A DNA stretch of 64,000 nt. It comes from Lingula anatina (lineage: Eukaryota > Animalia > Brachiopoda). Shown piece after piece: positions 41,426 through 59,566 of this stretch. The stretch spans positions 20,708,001 to 20,772,000 of the forward strand of contig CM120641.1 in the NCBI GenBank assembly GCA_051362555.1, in the 5' to 3' direction. The notes under the pieces were generated by a model. The model had not been told where the DNA came from, did no database searches, and saw nothing but the letters and a program-made list of their open reading frames with translations. The position numbers were made by a program, and so were the translations under genes. Each line of letters starts with the position of its first letter. The first letter of the stretch is position 1.

Positions 41426-42530
41426 CAAAGAATAAGTCTAATAACCATTGGACATTAGGGTTTTATTCAAAAACTGGGTAAAAGGAGGACCACAGAAGAT
41501 AGAAGACCCCATAAGACTTAGCAGTGATCATTATCAGTCTAGTTCCTTGGATACTTATTCCTTTGGAGGAAACTTCATTGTACAGATTTTAAATGTGAAG
41601 TATCCATCCAAACTATGGATTTAGACCGAAAGGTCCATCAAAAGGAGGTTATCACATATTCTCAGTTAAGTCCAAGTCGATTGGCTGACCAACTTTTAAG
41701 AAATAATTGTGTATTTGGTGACATTGTGAGAGCAAAATATTTTATATAACATTTATTTTATAAATTCAAATCATGCCAAATTGCAATCAATTATTTGGTG
41801 TAATAATGGATGTTATTAGTTTTAATACCGCCTGGTGTCATGATATGATAATATTTAATCAAGGATAATATGTATAATGGCATCATGAAATGCATATAAA
41901 TTTGCTTTTAGTTAGGTCTGTTACTTATAGCTTAGTACATGCATGCTGCATCAGTCAATCATGGTGACGTTTCAGCTTAGCTGATAAAAATATTGGAGAA
42001 AAAAGTTGAAACTCAAAAACTCGAAGATAAGCCTTGCATAAAGAATCATACTAAGATATCTGTATAATGCATAAGAATAATACAGTGTAGTATGCTTGAG
42101 TCCTTTAAAATCAGTTAAGATACATGTTATAGTAACAACACCCCAGTCTGATTTTGTGAAACAAACACTTTTTGCCATTTGTCATTGAATGTGATTATAA
42201 TGTTCCCAAATCGAGAAATTTCATCTGAAAAACAGCGTTTCACCAATACGTTTGTTTGCTCTCTGTCACAGTTTGCATTCCCATTGTGTATATATCATGT
42301 CTTTTATTCTCCTGCATATTCCTTACATACTAATTTTAGCAATAAATTAATGAATGAATAAATCTTCAGGCTCAGGTCTATCTGGTGAGTAACTAGCAGT
42401 ATTAGTGAACCATTTGCAAATGAATCACTGTATTTTGTATTTGTGACATCAGAAGTCCCTTTGCTGGTACAGTTTCTAGACGTAAGCATAACATAACAGG
42501 TCTAGCCATCATTCCACAGCCTGCTTGTAT

Positions 42531-42585
42531 GCTCACCAGGTGGCAGCAACAATGTTCTGGTTTATCCGCTCACTAGATGGCAGCA
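42531..42585 (+). promoter_or_regulatory. Two tandem CTCF-like motifs
   Basis: GCTCACCAGGTGGCAGCA (42531-42548) and GCTCACTAGATGGCAGCA (42568-42585) both resemble the CTCF core CCASYAGRKGGCRS. Confidence 0.5.
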
Positions 42586-42694
42586 TGTTATCAGCCCAAT
42601 GCGTGAGCAGATGACAATCAGTTTGTTCCCCACTAAAATCAATTCCAATGGGCCTCTTCCTTTGGCAGATATTTTTATTTTATTTTATCATATG

Positions 42695-47052
<4,358 letters not shown>

Positions 47053-47543
47053 CCTCGAGCTGCATGTGGCCTTTATTTCACCTTGACCTCTTTCTCCAAA
47101 AATGCTTAGTGTAAACCTAAAAGTCAAACATGTTCATCATTTTATCAAAAGCAAAAATACACTCGAAGTCTAGTATTACTTAAAAATTTTGTTATTATTA
47201 TTTTTATTAACTTAAATATTACTTATTTTCAATTCTTTAGCAGCAAAAGAAAAGAAAATGTTATTATTTTAGCATGGCTTAAGCGTGCCACGTTGGTCAT
47301 GAGGACCTGACGAGCTGACACATGATGAACAGAAACGGGGAAGATTATCCATTTTAATTGTTAAATATACAGTATGTAAGAGTAAATTGCACACATACAG
47401 TAGTGAGGTGAGTTGGGAAAGTATCAGCCGATAGAAAGGTGCAACGTCCAGGCTACCTACCGGCACGTTAATACATCAGTGTGAGGGGAGGGACTTGACC
47501 CTTGACTTAGTTTCTTGAATCTAGGGACCACCGAAGTAAAATA
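47053..47543. promoter_or_regulatory. Probable bidirectional promoter NAT9/TMEM104
   Basis: Divergent start codons ~490 bp apart. Confidence 0.6.
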
Positions 47544-50500
47544 ATGGCTGGGGATGTCACAGATACCGGGACTTTGTATTCGCCCGCAGTAAGTTGTGAT
47601 ATTTTATCCTTTTGCAATTGTATTTATTAAACAACCGAATTTATATTATTATTATTATTATTATTCGAGAGGGCCTTTAAAGTTCTCCAATTACAGCTAG
47701 TCTGAGTCAGTTTGAAATATTAATTTTAAATGGTACAGTTGAACAGTTTGTGAAACATGTTGTCATGTATTTTGTATTTTATTTATTTCATTTTTCTGGA
47801 GGTGTTCAATTTATGTGTCACTATATAATGATCGACTGTTACCACTACATCAGTAATTTACACTGCAAACACATTGAAGTTATCATGAAGCTGGTGTCCA
47901 TTTGTTCTAGGTGGGCTTGGTGTATGTGTTCAACTTGATAGTTGGAACAGGTGCTTTGACAATGCCGAAAGCATTCAGTGGTGCAGGGTGGCTGCTTAGT
48001 CTTATCATGGTGGTCTTTCTGGCATTTACAAGGTAAGATTGTAACAGACCTTATGCATTGACGAGTTAACATATAAACAGCAGATTTGGAGGGGGAGGGC
48101 ACAGGGGACCATGTATCTCCTCCTCCCTTTTAAGTTGAGCTTTGAAATTAATCCCACTTCTCTCTCCCTCCACCTCCCTCCCCCCCCCCCCCAAAAAAAA
48201 AGATAATAATAATTGTGTCAATAATAATAATAACAAAATAATTAGAAAATCAAGCAAATTTCCCATTCCTGTGTCACAAAACAATATTTTCTATGTCTGC
48301 TAGTTTACAATTTCCTTCTTATTTGTAATAGATGAATGCTGAAACAATCTCATACGCATATACATGTATGTATGCATCTATACTGGTATTATATGCATAT
48401 TTTATATACATTGTCTGCCTCTTGTATATATACTAACAAGAACATGATATGTAATTTACTGTACATACTTGCATTTAATTTTACAGTTATCTAACTGTGA
48501 CATTTGTGATTGAGGCCATGGCAGCAGCTAATGCAAGAATTAGGTGGAAAAAGTTACAAAGCTTAAAGCGAGTATGTATTGCATACTTAATGTTCAGCTT
48601 GCTATTTTACCTAACATTTGTTTGACTTAAAATGTTGATTGTTAGACTTAAAGTGTTGATGTTTAGCATTTTGTTGTTACTTCATGTTCACCAACATCAT
48701 GAATGAAATTAAGTACCCATGATGAATGCAACGAGAGTTACAACTTTGCTTGAATAATAACATGTTATTGCAAGTAACAGCTAATGAGTATGTTGTGAAG
48801 TTTTGAGAAATTTTTGATTTAGTTGTGCATAGCACTTGCATTAATAGGTAGAAGATCAGACTTTTAGACATATAATTTTAAGGGTAAGAATGCATTTCAT
48901 TAGCATGAAAAACCAAGCCCTTAAATGTTAATGAAACTGTTTTGCTGCATTTACATGTCATAAGCATTTTAAGAGCCCAGATAACTAATTATTACTTAAC
49001 CAATTCTGGCAGCAAACACATAAAAGAGAATCACCACAGATGGTATGAATGTTTCAGAGTGGAAAAATAAAGGAAGAAACAATATATCAGGAAATAGATA
49101 ATCCATCTGATGAAAGTGAAAGAAAACCTTTGTTGTCATTAATCAATGGTAGGTAGGCTTGAGAATGATTGTTTGTTGGCATAGGGTCCCCTTTACTATT
49201 TATTTATTTATTTGTTTATTTATTTATTTATTTTCGTCAAATGAAAGTGGGTCAAGAAACATGCAACTTTCATCATTTTCATGATATTGATTTCATTTCA
49301 TGATCAGGATGCGCTTTGCAAAAAAATAAAATAAAATAAAAAAATAAAAAAAAAGAGAAAAAGTTTCCAAATTTTTTTTTTTTTTTGAATGGCATAGCAC
49401 CACTCACATGCCAAAGACTGCTAAACTGAATCTACAGCATATGCGTATTGATCATATCACACTTCTTAACCCACTTTGACTTGATGCACCTTCATAGACG
49501 AGATTGTCTCTTATTGTGTGCTTGTGGTGTCTAAAATGTCTTTTTTTAGAGTACAAATGTTTCTTTACTAACTTTGTGTAGAAAGTAGTGGTGAACCCAT
49601 CTCATGCACTGACTGACAGTGGCCAACTCTTCGATGATGATGATGATGATGATGGTTGTGAGGATAATGATGAGGTGGCAGATGAGGAAGAGTCGAAGCC
49701 ACTGCTCAGTCCTCATGTTGATGGTAGGTCACTGAATGCAATATTGCATTAGGTGTGATTTTGGGGTGGTTTCAATTTTGTCAGTTGCTTTTGATGTTGA
49801 TTAATATTAACACTTAAAAAAAACCATAGTATACCATAGTATAGATGATATAAGATATTTAAAGTGAAATATATTTATGTACTTTGATATTTTGTTTAAA
49901 ATATTTATCTTGAGAGTTTTATTATAATGATTCATTGACATACAGTATAGTCAATTAGTGCTATAACTAATAGATTTAACTTAGGCATAAGCAAGCTTTT
50001 GACCACAAAGTCTGTTTTCACTTTCACATCCTCAACTGATTATTTCTTTATTCTCCCAGAAGGTGGTGCCAAGCCCAATCAAACTAAAGCAGACTTTTAT
50101 GACATTACAGAGAGAGTGGAGATGGTCAGTATTTATTGTTATGACAGCATTGTATATATTTTGTCACATTACTAAAATATGTAAAATGTCTGTCAAACTC
50201 AAGTATATGTTCTGGATTGTAAACAGTATTCAGTGCATGCTAAAAGCATTATTGTTATCCCTGAAAGTGAAGGCTTTCTTTTTTGGTCATGTTATATTTA
50301 CAGTTTGCTCATTTTTTTTCAGGGGAAGATGGCATCAATGTTTTTCCATAGAAGTAAGAACATTTTCGGTCAATGCGATATCACATTTTCACTTGTGCAA
50401 GCATTAGTACAATTCAGGTTTTTTTTGATCACCAGTGATCATCAATTTAAAAAGGAATGTTTACTTTTCAGTTTTTTAAGTATAAGTGATCTTTGGCTTG

Positions 50501-53227
50501 ATCTCACACCCAAAAGCACACACACAAACATAATATACATTTAATTGTTTATTTGAATGGTACAAATTTTAAGTTATGAGTAGCATTGCGACTTGTTATA
50601 TTCTGACAAGATAAAGTTTAATGATCCAGTATTCTTCTTGAGAATTGGATAATGGGACCATTCAACCTTTTATTTTACCCTGTGTTTGGGGATGTTATGT
50701 AATTTATTTTTCATAATTATCCAGGGTTTACTAGTAAAATGCTTTTTTTTTTTGGTAGTTGGGGTGCTGGCTTTCTATGTGATTATAGCCATTTATCTGT
50801 ATGGGGACTTGGCCATCTATGCTGCTGCAGTGCCAAAATCCATGAGAGATGTAGCCTGGTAGGTGTGGGTGTGTGTGTAGATTGCAATTACTGTAAATAT
50901 TTTATCAGCTGTCTTAGATGCTCTTCTGTGGCTTAGATGCTGTTCTCTGGCTTAGATTAAGTAAAAGAAAATATTTCCATTACTATATTTTTCTCCACTT
51001 CATCTTTGACTTGGTGAAATAAAAGGTGTTGGGGTAATACAAATAACAAATGCTACAGGGACATATACCCCAGAGTAGAATTGATGTAAACCAGAGATTA
51101 GAATGGAAATGGCATGACTTGAAAGGTCTTCAGGGATTTTTTACCTGTTTTGTACAATGCATTCTGACTTATTTGTGTGTTGAATGTATTGCCACATGTA
51201 TAATGACATGAAACACATTATATAATCTGCACAGTCACATCAAGGACGTGCAGGTAACCCTCATTGTCACATCAAACACAAGTGGAATGCAGCATATGAT
51301 CACAGCAAACTGGTTTATAGAATGATTGAAGTTTTTATAGGGTTTACCTTGGTGATTTCGGATATATTTATATAAAGAGGAAATAACATGCACTACATGT
51401 ATGTCTTTAATTTGTCCCAACATTAGTTACTATTAACAGACATTAGTTACTATTAACAGACAGATGGTTGCTGTATGTTTTGTTAAAAGATGTATTCAAA
51501 TTTCTGCACCAGTTGTCAGGATAAGAAGAGCCTTGGTTATGTACATGTAGTATCTGTTTTTAGTAGACAATATAAAAGTGTTGTTTGGATATTTGGTTTG
51601 TTTGTTGAATCCTGAATATGTTTTAGATGTAGACTGATTTCTCAGTTTCTCATGCAGTTTTTCACTGTCACAGTAAATAATTGCTATCACTTTTCCATCA
51701 GTGTTTACAGACCAGCCAATTTGTCATGTAATGCCACTGTGCCTGATGATGAACTCTGCTGGGGAGGAAACACATGGAAAATATCCCGGATGAATGCATA
51801 TAGAGTTTTCGTGGTAAGTGATGTCTTGTCCAAGAAAATTTGTTTATTCTTTGTCAATCTTCTCATTACAGCATGTTTCTGAAAGATTTGGAGACTTTTT
51901 TTAATAGATAGTGCTACAAACATGTAAGAAGTGGGTAATTTCATTTATTATTATTTTTTTAATTTTCAGGCAGCTTTTGCTGTTTTACTTGGACCATTTA
52001 CATTCTTCAATGTTCAAAAGACTATGCTGCTTCAGATTGTGACCACTGGGTTTAGGTGGTTAGGTAAGGCAGATTGGGATTAAGCAGGGTTGTAATGATT
52101 GGTTTGGTTTGACTTGGGTCATTGTTTAGGTGTGGGTGGGTGGGTGGGTGGGGGTTAATTCTGTTGGAAGTGTGGCATTGACAATGATTAACTTTGCAGG
52201 GTTTTGACATCCTGTATATAATGTTTTATGTGCATTTTGAGGGACAAGGTTTTTTTTTTTTAATGTCTGTTATTCTTGACACAAAATTTGTAAAACAGCA
52301 TACTGTTACGTAAAAGTATTGATATTGGCTTTGTTAATATTTTTTTAGAATTTATGTTTTGTTAAATTCTGTAACAGTGATTAAAGTTATAATTTGTGTA
52401 AGAAACTCTTAAGCCTAAGTACTGGTTATAAAGCAGTGTTTATCTTTCTGTTTTCAGCCTTTGGTATGATGATAGTGTTGGCTATTATCCGATTGGCTGA
52501 GGGGAAAGGTGAAGGTCACCCTGTGGTAGCAGATTTCAGTGGACTTCCAAACTTATTTGGTGTCTGTGTCTACTCTTTTATGTGCCATCATTCTCTACCA
52601 TCACTTGTGGCACCAATCCGAGACAAGTCTAGATTGACACTGCTATTTGCCTCCGACTACTCACTAATCCTATGTTTTTATGCATTGTTGTCGTTTACAG
52701 GGATATATTGCTTCTCAGGAAATCACTTTGAGGATTTGTACACTCTGAATTTTCAAGCAAGCTGTGACCCTAAAGACAGTGTGACTAATGTTGTATTCAT
52801 ACAGTATTTCTTAGCACTTTTTCCGGTGTTTACCCTCAGCACAAGTTTTCCTATTATAGCTATAACATTAAGGAACAATTTGAAAACATTGTGCCACAGA
52901 CCACGAAGGCCATATCCTTGGGCAGTGGACAAACTTGTCTTTCCTCTTGTGACTATACTGCCCCCTATAGTTGTAGCACTGGTCACAGATAACGTTGGGT
53001 TCCTTGTCAGTATAACTGGGTCATATGCTGGAGCAGGCATCCAGTATGTGATTCCAGTGTGTTTAGCATACTACTCTAGAAAGCAAATGTCTACTACTCT
53101 CGGACCACACATAGCTAATAAACACAAATCGCCTTTCAAGCATCCCATTTGGTTCATCTTAGTTCTGCTGTGGGCTGGACTTTGCATTGCCTTTGTCACT
53201 GTCAATCATGTTATTACAAGGCAGTGA
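47544..53227 (+). CDS. TMEM104: Transmembrane protein 104 (SLC38/AAAP-type transporter fold)
   Basis: MAGDVTDTGTLYSPA|VGLVYVFNLIVGTGALTMPKAF..TFVIEAMAAANA..DITERVEM|GKMASMFF..IYLYGDLAIYAAAVP..PNLFGVCVYSFMCHHSLPSL..FPVFTLSTSFPIIAITLRNNL. Approx. exons 47544-47588, 47911-48032, 48487-48571, 49058-49148 and/or 49582-49723, 50060-50123, 50323-50352, 50759-50858, 51702-51813, 51970-52042, 52458-53227. Confidence 0.94.
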
Positions 53228-53250
53228 AAGACACTTGATCAGTTATCTGT

Positions 53251-53508
53251 GGGACCATTCCCAGACCCTGTCGTACTAATTGTGGATCGATCTATCTCCG
53301 AGGGGATTCTAGCTAAATTGCAATCAACTTAAGCAGCTTAGATGTCTGTCATGCCTCCTGAAGCTACTAGGGGGTAATTAATTATTGTTTAGCAGCTTTA
53401 GTAGGTGTACCAGACATCTAAGCATCTTAAGCTGAAAGCAATATAGCAAGAAACTCCTTGGAGGTGGATCAATCCTATTAGATTGATCTAGGTATGGGAA
53501 CCGGTCTC
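53251..53508. mobile_element. Palindromic MITE-like element, copy B, immediately 3' of TMEM104 stop
   Basis: Fold-back along its length (gggaccattcccagacc / ggtatgggaaccggtctc; cttaagcagcttagatgtctg / cagacatctaagcatcttaag), centred near taattaatta; similar to 15224-15449. Confidence 0.7.
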
Positions 53509-53737
53509 TGACTACCAGGCCCAGGAGTTTATTTATTAATTTATTATTATTATTAATTTGTTATTTATCGATTTATGTTCTATTTTATAGTGGTGTGGGG
53601 GAGTAGCGCACATGCTTTTAACTCATCTCCCCCGCACTTTGCTCAGACTTATCTAATGTTAAAAAGTATTTAATGTTAAAAAGTTAAAGAACATCCACTG
53701 AGGCACAACCCCCTTCCCTCAAAAATAATAAAAATCA

Positions 53738-53995
53738 ATGAATGATCTGAGTCTTTGTAACACATCCACAATTCTTCAAGTTCATTCCAATTTATTCTTT
53801 TGTTGATTATATACAACAAAATTATTTTATTCTATCTTTAATACAGTAAATTGTAAACATATGCCTTCAAAAATATCAGTGAATGATCTGAGTCTTCGTA
53901 ACATATCCACAATTCTTTAAGTTTATTTCTTTTTTTCCTGTGTTTATATAGAAGGAAATTATTGTTATTTTATGTTTTATAAATTGTAAACATTT
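53738..53995. repeat. Two-copy diverged tandem duplication (~140-bp unit)
   Basis: tgaatgatctgagtctt(t/c)gtaaca(c/t)atccacaattctt at ~53739 and ~53880; aattgtaaacat at ~53849 and ~53982. Confidence 0.8.
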
Positions 53996-56769
53996 ACCCA
54001 ACTTTTTATTCATTAGCTGTGGTGTGATCAAATATTTCTATCTAAGTTGCATTCTTGCATTTTAAAAACAGTAGGCTTTGGCGCCATGGCAACATGACTC
54101 ATTAAATGATATGATGGATTTAAGACAGTGCCAATTTAACACTTGTCAGCTACCCCAATGTTTGAATTGGGGGGCAGTTTTACAAAACTTACTGATTTTT
54201 TGCACTATGGAGTCCCATTCAAGAATGCCTGATACTCTTTATTCCTCAAAGTAATCAAAACTTGGTGCATGCACATTTGAACAATAACAGGGTGTTTACT
54301 AATCTGTCATGATGATTGCTATTGATCATGAGGCAGTGTAATGTGTAATCTTGTAGGCTAGTGACTAATGTGATTTAGATTTCTATAGGAATTAACCATT
54401 ATATGAAGTATTGCAATACTCTTTGTTGTTGTTGTTATGTCCTATAAAGGTGCATATATTTACCAATTAATTCCCACCTGAATAAGTGTATTCATATTTG
54501 AAATTATGATGTTGAAAAGAATTCAATAAACTAATGTATTAAAATATTAAGCCACTGTTTTATTTCATATATTTATCGTTGCACAGTAGGTGGTAAAAGA
54601 TTATCAGTATATACAAGTTACACATGTTAAAAACTAACTACTATAAGCAATAAAAACTTAACACTTCATAACTGTACGCTGCTGTCCAATAACGGTAAGA
54701 GAAGTTCCGAAGTCCACATTCAACAAAAGGGCTAGGATAAAACCCTGTTTCAAATTAAGACTCTGAAAACTGTACTACAATAAACGAATGCCTTATCATT
54801 GCAGATTTGGGGGTCTCATATAATTGCAGATTTGATCATCAGTAAAATACAGTGTATTGTCAAGGACTGAAAACGTAGTGATACCTCCGAATTCCAACAA
54901 AACCTTAAAGTTTGTCAGTCACCTACATGTACACCCAATGGCATTGCGAATATAATGTAATTCGAACAAATTTTCACAGGTGTGGCACAACCTATATTGT
55001 TATAGTTTTATTGTAAATTTGCCCCTGTTATTGGAAAACTAGTATTTCATAATTGTTGATGCCACATTTTTGGCACTGTGGCGTAATATGAATCGAGTGC
55101 ATGGATTCACAAAACGTAAAAGTGCAAATGCCAGTTTCTAAAGGATCTTGCATAGATGTTGCTGAAAATAGAACTATTTAAATATTTAACATAAAACCTG
55201 TTGTATTGTGCATAAGATAATTTTTCAAAAACCCATAAAAACAACTATTTTAAAAGTGACTAATTAATACACAAACGTCAGTCGTGAAGAGATTTCAGAT
55301 GATTTTTTTCTGATAGATCAAACGCTAATGAGGCTGACCACTTCTTGACCATGATGACCTGTGTGTCACCCCTTAATGACCCGTGTTCGAGTTCAGGTGA
55401 CCTATGACAAGAGATCTGGTGAGCCTGAGTTGACTTTCCAGAAATGAAAGATTTGTTTGCACTCAGAATATTTGGTTTTCTACTTGAAATAAAAGACATT
55501 AAAAAAACAAGCCAAAATGAGAAAAAAAAATCAAGCACAATTTTCTTTCAATATTAGTGCGTTTGTGCGCGTACGCTGGCGTCTGTTTACCCTTACTCCA
55601 TAGATTTTAATTTCTAATGCGAACGCCTTCTTCATTATTTTATTGTTTACTTTCTTCAGTTAGGTTGCAAAACTTCTCTTTTCTTCACAACCTGACATAA
55701 GATGCGGTGTTCACGAGAAGCTGTGAAATCTAAACCATAAATAAAACATTTGTGCTGGCGTTTTAAAAGAATAAAATCGTCTCTCCTTCTTCCTTTGAAA
55801 TAGGCAAATGTAAATGTAACTAGTTTTACCCGTAAACTTTTGATGAACATAACACCTGATATGTATTTCTGGCATGGGTTTGATCTAATCTAAAAAGTCT
55901 TTTTTACGAGCAGAGGCACACTGTCGGCTCAAAGAGTTTGCTAAGGGGGTGGGCGGGCAGGATTTTTCACGAGTAAAGCTAAGTGAATATAAAATAACGG
56001 ACAATTTCTACTGTGACGTGCAGCACAAGGATGAAAGTGCTTGGTTTTGTCTCATTTAGCTCTCTTGACTGAATAAAACGTTGTTATACTCATATACTCA
56101 GCCTTAGTCTGCATTCACTATCGTTATAATGTAATCTTTTTAGTAACATTTGGAAAATATTTATTGCACATGTTTGGTTTTTAAACCCCGAGATATAAAG
56201 TCTTCAAAAATTAGTTTGTGGCTAGTTTCACTGAGAAATAACAGTGATTCCCCTGAATACCTCAGAGTAAAGGTAATCTATCTGTTTGCTGACAGCTGGA
56301 CGTAGCCTTTATACAGCTTAAATCCCGAGTAAGTTATCATTTACCTCGCTGAAAAATCTGCATCCCCAAGAAAGTTACTGGTATCATTTCCAAAATTCTT
56401 GTCGCTCCACCATTACAGAAAAAGAGCTTGCCTATAGATTTTTTTTACATTTTCCTCGTTAAGAAGGTAAATTAACGCCGCACTCCGGGCAAACGCTTCC
56501 GGGGGCGTAAGAGGAAATTAAACCTCACTCCAAGTGCACTGCCTTCTGTCAGAAAGCGTGAGGATGGAAAAAAGGTTAATCAACTGTGTGGTATTGAAAA
56601 AATTGCAAAAAAAATTGAATGGTTAAAAGGAATTCAAATATGGCTCCGAAATTCCTTTCGAAAATCTAAAGGGAATTGAACTAAAAGAAAAAAGTTTACA
56701 AATTACCTTATGTCCATGACCATACTTTTTACCTATTTGCAGGTTAGATGGCGATATTTTCTGTTTATA

Positions 56770-56951
56770 CGCTCGACCAAGATAATTCGACCATATGAGC
56801 TTAGGTAATTCTTTTAACCAAATATCGATGCATAGTGCACCCATCATTCGTTACAGTTTTATATACACTGAAGATTTTATTACTACATTACATAGTTTTT
56901 TTATTATCATTGAAAATCAATTTCATGTTCCCTAACTTTTTCGGTCGAGTG
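56770..56951. mobile_element. Possible decayed Tc1/mariner-type MITE
   Basis: TA|CGCTCGACCAA ... TCGGTCGAGTG|TA: short imperfect inverted ends flanked by TA. Confidence 0.35.
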
Positions 56952-57057
56952 TATATAATATAGAGATTTTGAAGGAATCCCAGAGGCTGATTAAGTAAGG
57001 AAGTAAACACCTATCGACAGCAATGGTCAAACTTAAGTCGGATAAAACTGCTTACCA

Positions 57058-59566
57058 TTAGCCCATAATTTCAGCCCCTGGCTCATATTGCAGATGGTTA
57101 GAAAGCTGCTGAGAATATTTTAAAAACACGAACGCTGCATAAAACATGTTGACCTGGCAGCCAATCGAATCAATCATCGGTGGCAGACGATCAATCTGTA
57201 TGCTGACGTCAGCTACGATTTTTTCAATCGCCTGGGGCCATCCGTCTGCGTCCGTGGCGTTCATTCCATGGATACGTACGCGACGAACTCTGTAGCTGTC
57301 AGCGGGTAAATGCACAAGTTCCACTTGACCGTAGTCGTGTTCGTGGTCGTGGTAAAATATTTCAATTCTTTCTGGCAGAGGTAGTCCGTTAACTTCACAG
57401 GTAAAGTTGATCTGTAACAGTGGAAAAAATTAATTTTAGCAATATAAGACGATGACGCAATGTATCATATTTGTCCAAGGATAATTGGTCTCAAAGTTAT
57501 TTTAAGAGATATGTTACTTCAACAGCATGGCCAGTGGAAACATTTCCCGATCTGTGTTAATAATTTCAGACCCATGAACCATATTACTACAGAAAACACC
57601 AACCAATGAACCTTTTGGTTATCGAGACGCACTCAATGCGGTTTGTTTGGCAGCTATCATCGAATACAAATTGCACAATATTTGACTACAAATTGTATAC
57701 TGTTCCTCACCAACTTGTTCAGTTTTTTCCATATTTACAACCTCTCTGCTCTTACTTATAGACACGTGCTGAATATCCCACACACGTGTTCATACACACG
57801 TGCACACGTATGCAGCCAAAAGATAGGATAAGTTGTGGATAACGAGTAAATGGAAAATTATCACACCTTAATATCTGTGCTATTTTCGTCAATTGGAATC
57901 ATCTGAGGGTAGGCCTGCACTAGATATGGAGGGTTCGACTGCGCCACCAACTCAAAATCGTCCGTTGCCTCTGTCAAGCCATTTTTCGCCCAACACGAAT
58001 ATTTGCCCAATGGCTTTGGCGAATGGAACCTAATGCTGTATGCAGTCTTAGCCATGTAGTTCGGCGGGGAAAGCAATAACTGTGCAGACGTCACATAAAA
58101 AGAATCTGTCACCTCTTTTCCGTCCTTACGGAGCCCCACACGCACCCAGGGGTTCCCTAAACCCAGGCAAATTACCGTGAGAACATTCCCCTTTGCCACC
58201 AAAATTGTTCGATTCTGCGGTACCCCCAGAACGTTAGATATCCCATCCGCTTGAGCTACTACGAAAGTATTCGTGAAGGGGGATGGTGTCCCTTCTTGAT
58301 GGACAACAGTGGCTGAGTCCATCCAATAGTCTTCATGATGGTCCCTGTCATCCATGTCTTTGGCTTCTTGGAATCGTTTGATTTGACACGTGTACAGCCC
58401 AGCGTCACGTGAGCTCGCGTTCGCCAGGACAACTTGTAAATGGTGCCGCACCACGTTCCCCGGCAGGGCTTTGGTTTTTAGGATGCTTCGGGCGTTACTG
58501 ACGATATCCGCGTCACTCCAGTATTTAGCTCGAGAGAGGGGTTCAAATTGCAAACTCGTGCTGCTTGAATTAGCCAGAAGGAAAACTTCAGTGAAAGCGG
58601 AGGAAAACGTTTTCTGGACAACTCTATACATGGAGACGTCCAAAGGAAGACCATCCTCTGAATCTACCACGCATGAGAAAATGATATCCTGCCCATTGCG
58701 ATACACAAGCTTTCTAGGCGGGAGTTGCTGTGCTCTGACCTGAGGGTAGATCTTTGTGAGACACAACACGCTTTGTTCTATAGAGAAATGAAGTTCGTAG
58801 TGAAGTCTGTTTTGTCGAGCAGTAAACCTGGCCATGCAGTCAAGAATGTGATCGCCGTTTCCATAGTGCCACGTTATGTTGTTTATCTGTAGAGTGGTAG
58901 CTCCGTATTGCCCTGAGTAGGTAGTGAGCGACTTTTTAGCGGGGATAGCTGAAACAACAAGGGCATGCTCTGATGTGATAATATATTAGATGTGTTTGGA
59001 GATGTGATATTGTAACAAATATGAACGTGTGGCAATGTGCACGTTACTGGAATGCTATCTGTGAATTAGTGCCAGAAGCGTAATTTAAAGACATGGTGTA
59101 CAGGTCCATTAGATTGTTATGGTGCACAATTTTGTGTTAAATATGACTATATGGCATTGTGAAATGTGGATGTGAATGCATCAGATATGAATACGCGTCA
59201 TTGTGTTAGATGTGAATGTGTTAGATGCGAATGCATGGCATTGTGTTAGATGGGATTGTTAATGTGTTAAATGTGAACGTGGGTGCTAGATAGGTTCAGA
59301 TGTAAGTTTTTTTTCAGTTGTGTATTTGTATTATCTACACATTCACATTTCAGGCGTGATATTATTCAATGTGTGAATGTCTTATGTGCCGCAGTAGGAA
59401 GATTGTGCTCACCTGACACTAACGGGGGCTCGGGTCCTAATTGGTTTGGTTCTGTACAAAACCAATGAATTGCTATGTCGCTTTCAGCCTCGTATTCCAG
59501 GGTAAGCGACCCCAACGCGTGCGACCTTAGGTTGGTAAGATGAAGTCGCAGGGGGCGAAATGGAAT
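57058..59566 (-). CDS. Multi-immunoglobulin-domain protein, 3' exons (start not resolved)
   Basis: Exons 59566-59413, 58948-57866 and ~57411-57058 join in frame. Ig signatures IIFSCVV...LANASSRDAGLYTCQI, LTVICLGLGNP..LRKDG..GKYSCWAKN, INFTCEVNGLP. No transmembrane segment seen before the stop. Confidence 0.7.
58985..59305. repeat. Degenerate minisatellite (tgttagatgtgaatg / atggcattgt units)
   Basis: Recurring variants of GTTAGATGTGAATG and ATGGCATTGT in the intron. Confidence 0.65.

Noticed and set aside
53738-53920. ATGA...TGA motifs suggesting a SECIS or box C/D snoRNA
   Set aside because: No in-frame UGA selenocysteine candidate and no convincing stem; explained by the local tandem duplication.
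55340-55440. B-box-like GTTCGAGTTC, possible tRNA or SINE head
   Set aside because: No cloverleaf or clear A-box. At most a decayed SINE fragment, which cannot be supported without a repeat library.
58985-59305. Repeat-spacer-like pattern (CRISPR?)
   Set aside because: Irregular degenerate units in a eukaryotic intron with no cas genes; a minisatellite.
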